From: an uncultured Acidobacteriaceae bacterium
GTDB taxonomy: Bacteria; Acidobacteriota; Terriglobia; Terriglobales; Acidobacteriaceae
Length of the DNA: 64,000 nt
Assembly: GCA_963846215.1 (NCBI GenBank)
Contig: CAWJVC010000007.1
Location: forward strand, 27,402 to 91,401
Direction of reading: 5' to 3'
Positions 57,261 through 64,000 of this stretch are shown here, one piece after another. The stretch's first letter is position 1, and every line of letters begins with the position of its first letter. Below the pieces are notes generated by a model. That model saw only the letters and a program-made list of their open reading frames with translations. It made no database searches and was not told the origin of the DNA. The position numbers and the translations under genes were made by a program.

Positions 57261-59744
57261 CTAGTCCTGATCGTCCCCGATCGGCTGCCCGGGAGGAATG
57301 GGACATCGCTTGCCGGCGTGAACTTCTCCGGATCTTTCTCGAATGCATCAATGCGCGCGATGGCGGCGGCTCGCAAGGCCTTTTCTTCGGAGATTCGGCG
57401 CCTGCGTTGCTGGAGATCCAGGACCGCAAGAGACAAAGCTTCGGCGCGTGCTTGAGCGCGCAGCTTCCGGCGAAGCGCTATGGTTCGCCGCCAGCGCAAG
57501 CAAGATGTTCCAGCGCTGGAACTTTCGGTGATGCGCTGCATTTCGCTCCCCAACCCGGTGGCGCGCGGCGCCTTCCAGGTGGACTTGGAACAAGCTTCGA
57601 TCACCTTGAGTAAGAGCTGGGATTGGCGGCATTGCGGGCGTGATATTCGACCAGCCGCGAGGCACGTTCCGGATCAAGAAGCAGTTTGAGCGTGAGAGCG
57701 GCGGCCGACTCCGCCGCTCCGCCTGGATCAAAGGTCAGGCCGGTGTGTCCGCCGAACGATTCGACGGTCCTGGGATAGCCGAAGCGCGCGAGGCGGCAGG
57801 ATGCGCAGCAGCGACTCAGGCAGGGTCAGGGTTTCAGGGGCAGAGCGTTTTCAGCACAGCCGTCGAGAGCCTTTTGCTGATCTGCCGGATCGACAATCTT
57901 TGGTTACGAGTTCTGCCGTCGCCGCGAAGCGCATAGCGATAGTCGAGGCCTCCGATTTCCTTTGGCGGCGGCTTCGGTCTGATAGCGATGCAGCAAATAA
58001 AGAGGGACCAGCGTGTCTTCCAGCTCGGCCATGGGCTGATCGAGGCGGAATCGCATTTTCGCCGAAACGCGCCAAGGCCGCGGCGCGAATCTTGAGGATG
58101 CGATCGAGTTCCGCCGCCGGGTCCGGGCCATTATCCCAGAGATGCGCATGCGGATGGGCGCTGCCGAGCGGTCGCGCATCCTCGTCGGTGATGAAATAAA
58201 GGCCGCTGTGCCTGAGCCGTGCTCAGGATGTTGTCGAGGGCCGCGCGCTCATCAGTGCCCGGCATCGAATTGCGAATAGCCGTATTGGATCGATACTTTA
58301 TCCCAGGCGCCGATCCCGGTGGCGTAGGCTTTCGAGAGATCGGGCCGGCCGCTGGCATCGAGCGTGATCCAGGGATGGGGATAGTCCATGACCGAGGTGC
58401 CCGGCGCGATGGAACTGGCGGCGAAGTTGTGGGCGAGGCCTAGAGTGTGACCGACTTCATGGGCGGCGAGTTGCCGAAGCCGGGCCAGCACCATCTGCTG
58501 CATCTCCGGTGATGACGGGCTTGCCTTTTTCGTAGGGCGAGAGCAATGCTTCGGCGATCATGTAGTCCTGGCGGGCGCGCAGCGAGCCGAGAGTGACGCG
58601 GCCTTGAATAATTTCGCCGGTGCGAGGATCGGAAACGGTGGTTCCCATCGACCAGCCGCGAGTGGAGCGATGCACCCATTGGATCACGTTGTAGCGCACA
58701 TCCATGGGATCGGCTCCGTGCGGCAGCACTTCGACGCGAAACGCGTTCTTGAAGCCGGCAGCCTCGAATGCCTGGTTCCACCAACTCGCGCCCTCGACCA
58801 GCGCACTGCGAATCGGTTCCGGGGCCCCGGAGTCGACGTAATAGACGATGGGTTTTACGGGCTCGCTCACGGCCGCGTTGGGATCTTTCTTGATCAAGCG
58901 ATGACGCTCGATAAGGCGCACATCAAGCGGTGTGCCGAGAGGCGCGGAATAGTCCCGGTAGGAGATGTCGAAGAAGCCGGAGCGAGGATCGAAGGCGCGC
59001 GGCTGATAGCTTATCGTCGGGCAGTTGGACGAACGAATAATGTTCGCGCAAGCGTGACGAAGTGGGCATCTGGAGTTACGGTCGCGACCAGCGAGTGTTC
59101 GGCTGGGTGTTCGGTGGAGAAAGTCAGAATCGATTCGAATTCTGTGTTGAGCGGGAAAGTTCTTGGTGTTTTCCAGTGCGAACGCGCTGCGGTTTTGGTC
59201 CAGTTTGTATGTGCCCTGCTTGGTGGCTGCAAGCTGTTCGGCCGCGCCCAACGCATCACTCTGCAAGAAAGTCGGTGGCGTCGACCAACACCGCGCCATC
59301 CTCTTCGGCTTCGACTTTGAAACCGGCAAGAACGGACTCCGCAAAGGACTGCCGGACGGCCAGATGTTCCATGGGATTGCGCGGAGGTCGAACGGTATTG
59401 CAGATTCGGCGCGACCAGCAAAACGCGCGGCCCGACGCGGGTAAAATGCACGATCGCGTTCGTGCCCAGCGGCCGCGGTCCAGTCCGATGTCATTCGATC
59501 CCAGGCCGTAAGGCAGGGAAACCACCAGCAGAAAATCCTGGTCGAACTTGTGGATCGTGAGGAAGAGTTGTCCGTTCTTCGCGTCCCAAGCGGTTGGAAA
59601 CAGGCCGTCCGCGGTCTTCATGCCGTTGATGCGATCGTGGATGGTTGGAGTGGATTCCGGATTTTCGGCGGCCAGAAGAAAGTGTGAAAGAAGCACGCAG
59701 ACAGCGGCACAGCACAAAAAGCGGCGGCGGATTGGCATGGTCAT
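57261..59744 (-). pseudogene. Secreted zinc metalloprotease ([13 protein letters not shown] type, DUF5117/DUF4953-like), at least 8 frameshifts
   Basis: The signal peptide MTMPIRRRFLCCAAVCVLLSHFLLA lies at the 59.7-kb end. Conserved blocks are scattered over all three minus frames (ORFs 59256..59777, 59011..59451, 58457..59494, 58252..58503, 58131..58358, 57904..58179, 57209..57604). The end coordinates are approximate. Confidence 0.65.
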
Positions 59745-59847
59745 CTCCAGGCAAGGATCGGAGTATGACACTAACATCTTCGTAATCTAGTTGCGAGAGA
59801 AATTTTATTCAAAGTAACCAGAATTGCGTATGCGAATCAGTCGCCAC

Positions 59848-60305
59848 TCATTGCGGTTTGGCGTTCGGATCGCGGGCGGCGGTGCCTTGTCGTCTTTTTT
59901 CTCTTTTGTCTCCGAGGATGGCCTTGTAAATCGAATACTGGCCTTGAGGACGTTTCAGCTTGACGGTGAAATCCATCTTGGCGCTTATCGATGTCGATAA
60001 TCTTCGCCGAAAGTCTGGAATCCGGAAGCCAGCACCTGCACGCGCAGCTTGCCGTAAGGAACGCCATCAAAGCTGGTCTTGCCGTCGACGTCGGTTTTGA
60101 GTTCGAGTCCGCCCCGTCCCTGCTTGCCGTGCGAGTTTACCGGATGCATGATCACGGCGGCATTGCGAACTGGCTTGCCATTATCGTCTTTGATGACCAG
60201 AAAATTCAGAATCGCGGTTGGTTCTTCGGCCTCGTCCCGCTGCGCGGCGGCGCCGTGAACAGCGTCAGAAGTCGAAAGCACGCAAGCCAGAGTCTTGATC
60301 GTCAT
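59848..60305 (-). pseudogene. Carboxypeptidase-regulatory-like (Ig-fold) domain protein, two frameshifts
   Basis: ILNFLVIKDDNGKPVRNAAVIMHP...DVDGKTSFDGVPYGKLRVQVLASGFQTFGEDY is in one frame. The sequence continues as IDIDK, then MDFTVKLKRPQGQYSIYKAILGDK... in two other frames. Confidence 0.55.
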
Positions 60306-60355
60306 TACCGCGTCTATCAGTTGTCAACCTTCGTCGCGATTTCATATTGGTCATT

Positions 60356-61567
60356 CTAGCGATTGAGAAGGGCTCCGGGGAAGAGCAGGAAAAGAAGAAG
60401 AGGGACAAGCGCTAGGGTTTGGCGGCCGAGCTTGTTCTCGTCGTCTACGCTTGTCGAGTCGGAAAGGAGTTGCACCAGGTCGCTGGCTACGCGGGCGGTA
60501 TTGTGACGAGCGACGCCGGCCTCTTCCAGATAATCTCCAAGAACAGGGATCACGCCGAGAGCTTCGATGGCTTCGAGATCGGCAACGATCTGGCATGCAC
60601 CCTCGAGAGCATACTTAGCCTTGAGTCCATCGGAAACGGGCGTGCGATTGATCAGCGCGTAGTCGAAGATTTGTTGGCCGGCGTGGCGATTGAGAGCGCG
60701 GATGTGATCGGCCGCGGTGAGGCCCAGACTCTCATTAGCCTGAGTCATCAGGTTGCAGATGTAAACCTTGGTTGCCGGCGAGTTGACGATCGCATCGGCG
60801 ATGCCGTGTACCAGCAGGTTAGGGATGAGGCTGGTGAAAAGCGAACCCGGACCGATGCTGATGATATCGGCGCGAGCAATGGCATCGAGCGTCTGGGGCA
60901 GAGGTTCGACATCGGCGGGAACGAGAAAGAGTTCCTGAATACGTACTTTGCTGGCGGTGATCTTGGTCTCTCCGCGCACCCGGGTGCCGTCTTCCATCAG
61001 AGCTTCCAGTTCGATATTGGAAGTGGTTGCGGGATGAATGTGGCCGCGGGTCACCAGAATTTCCGAAGAGAGGCGCACAGCTTCGGAGAAGTCATGGGTG
61101 ATGTGAGTCAGCGCGGCCAGAAAAAGATTGCCGAAGCTGTGACCCTCAAGGCCGGAGCCTTTCTCGAAGCGGTGGCGGAAGAGCTGGGAAAGCAGAGCTT
61201 CATCCTCGCTGAGGGCGACGATGCAGTTGCGAATATCGCCGGGAGGAAGCATGTTGAGTTCTTTGCGCAGGCGTCCGCTGGAGCCGCCGTCGTCGCTGAC
61301 GGTGACCACGGCGCAAAGATCCCGAATGATGGGCGAGCCCGGCGGCGCCGCGGCCAACTCCGCCGGCGTAAGAGCGAAGCGTTTGAGTCCTTTGAGAAGA
61401 GTGGAAAGGCCGGTGCCGCCGCCGATGGCGACGACCCGCAGGCCACGCTCGCGCGTGGCTTCTCCAGGGGCAAGAGATCGGCGATTCTGGTTTCCATCGA
61501 GCTGAGTCTCGATTGCTGTCTGCCTAGAACGATTCGTCTTCCCGGAAAGAGCTTTCCGGCGAAGCAA
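60356..61567 (-). CDS. yvcK: YvcK/CofD-family gluconeogenesis-factor-like protein
   Basis: LRVVAIGGGTGLSTLLKGLK, VTVSDDGGSSGRLR, GHSFGNLFLAAL and IGPGSLFTSLIPNLL. The start is uncertain. There is no ATG in frame near the domain, so the start is either the TTG at 61567 or an ATG at 61497 in another frame with a frameshift. Confidence 0.8.
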   Translation of the reverse strand: MLRRKALSGKTNRSRQTAIETQLDGNQNRRSLAPGEATRERGLRVVAIGGGTGLSTLLKGLKRFALTPAELAAAPPGSPIIRDLCAVVTVSDDGGSSGRLRKELNMLPPGDIRNCIVALSEDEALLSQLFRHRFEKGSGLEGHSFGNLFLAALTHITHDFSEAVRLSSEILVTRGHIHPATTSNIELEALMEDGTRVRGETKITASKVRIQELFLVPADVEPLPQTLDAIARADIISIGPGSLFTSLIPNLLVHGIADAIVNSPATKVYICNLMTQANESLGLTAADHIRALNRHAGQQIFDYALINRTPVSDGLKAKYALEGACQIVADLEAIEALGVIPVLGDYLEEAGVARHNTARVASDLVQLLSDSTSVDDENKLGRQTLALVPLLLFLLFPGALLNR

Positions 61568-62104
61568 GGTCGGCAGCAGGATCCGGGTACAACAGCTCGG
61601 TGAAGCGGGGGTCTTCGGCCAGGTTGTGGAAATCGGAGTCGTTACGCGCCTGGTAGCGCAGGCTGGCATTCAGACGCAGAGCTTCGTCGAGATGCTTGAG
61701 AGAGTCCTCCACGTGGCCGGTAAGACAATCGAGCGCGGCGAGGCCGTAGATGACGAAATCAGTCTTGGGCGACTGCTTGAGCAGCTTCTCGATGTGCTCG
61801 CGGGCGGTGACGTAGTCGCCGACGTTCATGAGAGAGACGGCGTAGTCGAAGTGCTCCTCGACGGTCTTGAACTGCGTGCGTGGTGGAGCGCTCGAGATGC
61901 TGGTTGCAGATGCTGAGATGGATCGCAGCCCGGTCGCTCAGTTCCTTGCTGGCGCCGGCCAGCACCTTCTGAAACAGCGGCTTCGCCTTCTCGAACTTGT
62001 GTTCCTGCAAAGCGCGCAAGCCCGGCCTCGTAGTTCTGCAGGGCCTGAGTGGCGCGCGGATCGTCCGCGATCGATGATTTCTTAGGGGTAGCCTTTTGAG
62101 CCAT
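61524..62104 (-). pseudogene. TPR-like repeat protein, two frameshifts
   Basis: MAQKATPKKSSIADDPRATQALQNYEAGL is in frame a. ALQEHKFEKAKPLFQKVLAGASKELSDRAAIHLSICNQHLER is in frame b. FKTVEEHFDYAVSLMNVGDYVTAREHIEKLL... is in frame c. Confidence 0.6.
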
Positions 62105-62290
62105 GTGGAGAATTTTTCCTGTGCTCGTCGTAATAGGGACTCCTTGCTTGGACTCGAAGAGCCGACCAAGTATCACTCAAAGAGCGGGTATAGGGCAATT
62201 GCGGTGCGGGGCCGGGAGTATCGACTCTGGCAAGGCACTCGACCATGCAACCTGCGTCCGCTGGCCAGAAGACGAGGGCTTGGGTACGCG

Positions 62291-62778
62291 TTAATTCATG
62301 GTAGCGGCAGTTTCAAGGTCGATCTGTTTCCACTCGCCCTTGATGATGCCGGCACGAATCTGAGTAGCGGTCTTGCCAGCTTGATGTTCTTATAAGAGTA
62401 GTAAAGCTCCTTCAGGCAGGTGGCGCAGCGTGCTCCATGCGTGTCTTTCAAAACAGCTGTGCAGGCTGTTGTGGCCCATGCGATCGCAAAACAGTAGCAG
62501 GGCTGCTGGTGGAGAACCGCCGGAATCTTCGCCGCCAGGTCGTAGGCATGAGTCTGGTAGGGATATTGCGCATCCGCTCCCCAAAGCTGGTCCTTGGTAA
62601 GGATGGCAGGTAGCTTGGTTCCTTTCGGCGGAGGCCCGGCGTTGTACGCGGGAATGCCGGTTCCTTCTTCGTCCTGGGGCGCGGCCCAAAGCGACGTCAT
62701 GGTCAGGGTAACAATCAAAAGCAAACCGAGGCTGAGCATGCGGTGAACAATCTTGTGATGAAAAAGGGTCGCTGTCAT
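62291..62778 (-). pseudogene. CYCxC-motif periplasmic protein, three frameshifts
   Basis: A signal/TM segment is followed by ...VLHQQPCYC (frame a), FCDRMGHNSLHSCFE (frame b), THGARCATCLKELYYSYKNIKL (frame a) and GKTATQIRAGIIKGEWKQIDLETAATMN (frame c). The first shift lies in the A4 run at 62488-62491. Confidence 0.55.
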
Positions 62779-63018
62779 CGCTGTCTCCTAGCGCCTATTT
62801 TACATTGCTTTTCGAAGTTGGCGGAAGACGGGCCAATGCTACCCGGCAGATCGCGGATTCGTACAACTAACTGCTGCCGTGACGCGATCTGTATACAATA
62901 GGAATCGCATGCCGGACGTACCCAGCCCAGAAACCAGGATGGCCTCTGTTGCGACGCCTCCTCGCCCCAAACTGGGAGCAGCGAAGGAGCGGGCGTTCGA
63001 CTACGGCCAGCGCTTGGA

Positions 63019-63513
63019 GTGTGGTTACGGGATTTGATTCTTTCGCTGGCAATTTCGGCCTTCATCATCGTCTTCATTTATCAGCCGGTAAAGGTGGAGG
63101 GCACCAGCATGATGCCGTCTCTCGAAGACCAGGAGCGAATCTTCGTCAACAAGTTTGTGTACCGGCTGGAGCCGATTTCGCGGGGAGACATTGTGGTGTT
63201 CCGTTATCCCCGTGACCCTTCGAAGAGCTATATCAAGCGCGTGATCGGGGTGGCAGGAGACCGCATCCGCATCGATGGCGGACAGGTGTATGTGAATGGC
63301 GAGGCGTTGGATGAGGATTACGTTCCGCCCGCCTATGCGGACTCGCGTTCGTATCCTGAAACGGTGGTTCCACCCCAGAGCTATCTCGTACTTGGGGATC
63401 ACCGATCGATGTCGAACGATAGCCGTGATTTCGGACCGGTGAATCAAAGCTACATCTACGGCAAGGCGGTGTTCGGATATTGGCCCATGGATAAGTTGGG
63501 GCGGGTGCGGTAA
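63019..63513 (+). CDS. lepB: Signal peptidase I
   Basis: VKVEGTSMMPSL carries the catalytic Ser, YIKRVIGVAGD the catalytic Lys, and GDHRSMSNDSR is also present. The start is the GTG at 63019. An upstream ATG at 62939 in another frame could be the true start if another indel is present. Confidence 0.9.
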   Translation: MWLRDLILSLAISAFIIVFIYQPVKVEGTSMMPSLEDQERIFVNKFVYRLEPISRGDIVVFRYPRDPSKSYIKRVIGVAGDRIRIDGGQVYVNGEALDEDYVPPAYADSRSYPETVVPPQSYLVLGDHRSMSNDSRDFGPVNQSYIYGKAVFGYWPMDKLGRVR

Positions 63514-63546
63514 CTTCCAGGGCGGTAATTTTCCCAGTCAAGTTCA

Positions 63547-63573
63547 GGAGAAGAAATGCGTTTCTTCTCTTTC
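63547..63573 (+). terminator. Intrinsic terminator after lepB
   Basis: GAGAAGAAA (63548-63556) pairs with TTTCTTCTC (63561-63569) across a 4-nt loop, followed by TTTC. Confidence 0.65.
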
Positions 63574-63635
63574 AACCTCGTGCGGACTTGGCGGCGGGAA
63601 TAAGCCGTAGTCCTCGAGCGCGCTGGCAAATTGCA

Positions 63636-64000
63636 ATGGCTACTGAAACGATTAAACCTCTGGCTTACATCTCTCCTTACAGTTGGATATTCTGGGCTGC
63701 ATTCCTGTTCGCATATGTGCCGGAGTTTCGCCTGATCGCGCGCTCGCGGCCGGCACAAGGCGAGAAGACCGACCGCGGTTCAACCACATTTATTATGTTG
63801 GCGGGATGGTTGGGGATGATGGGCGCGTTTGCGGTAGCAGGGATTCGAGCATTCTTAATCACGCGAGGGCAAATTGCGTGGTTTGTAGCGGGGGTGGTGA
63901 TTCTGGTCTCCGGCAGTCTGCTGCGGCGTCATTGTTGGCGGATGCTCGGCAGGCATTTCACTGGTAATGTGAAGGCTTCCGCGGATCAACCGGTAATCGA
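63636..64000 (+). CDS. Isoprenylcysteine carboxyl / phospholipid methyltransferase-family membrane protein, 3' end outside window
   Basis: The frame is open from the ATG at 63636 to the window end, so it is absent from the ORF track. The sequence is MATETIKPLAYISPYSWIFWAAFLFAYV...LLRRHCWRMLGRHFTGNV, as is typical of ICMT/PEMT proteins. Confidence 0.6.
   Translation, partial: MATETIKPLAYISPYSWIFWAAFLFAYVPEFRLIARSRPAQGEKTDRGSTTFIMLAGWLGMMGAFAVAGIRAFLITRGQIAWFVAGVVILVSGSLLRRHCWRMLGRHFTGNVKASADQPVI

Noticed and set aside
62939-63020. An upstream ATG (62939) as the true lepB start, implying another frameshift
   Set aside because: This is plausible given the local indel density but cannot be supported. 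The GTG at 63019 already gives a normal TM-anchored signal peptidase N-terminus.

Overview
64-kb chromosomal segment of a high-GC bacterium. Gene content, low-complexity proteins and the repeat families suggest an Acidobacteriota (Terriglobia-like) genome, but this is inference only. No searches were run: every product call rests on motifs read by eye from the ORF track and the DNA. Much of the window is housekeeping or core metabolism: pnp, rpsO, murA, glmU, a phosphofructokinase, a PiT phosphate transporter, a SulP permease, cstA-ybdD, yvcK, lepB. Five blocks stand out. (1) 1-6.2 kb: a GAF+HlyD / HlyD / PqqD-like+M50-protease+HlyD operon lies convergent with a 99-aa ORF. That ORF has six near-identical 9-aa units (TTAKRGPNV), its own sigma-54 promoter, and sits next to a sigma-54 enhancer-binding response regulator. 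This is my best candidate for an undescribed peptide processing/export system. (2) 12.5-13.5 kb: head-to-tail repeat units, one of which carries a small GIY-YIG nuclease gene between inverted termini. (3) 19.2-31.7 kb: a 12-gene co-directional lipid-type operon (fatty acyl reductase, SDR reductase, pyruvyl-transferase-like protein, two AMP-ligases, crotonase, ACP, lipid kinase, Trx/VKOR, esterase). (4) 31.7-36 kb: three GT-C-like membrane glycosyltransferase genes. (5) 53.6-63 kb: almost every accessory gene is broken by several frameshifts while yvcK and lepB stay open; pnp and one GT gene elsewhere are also frameshifted. No rRNA, tRNA, CRISPR array or prophage was recognised.
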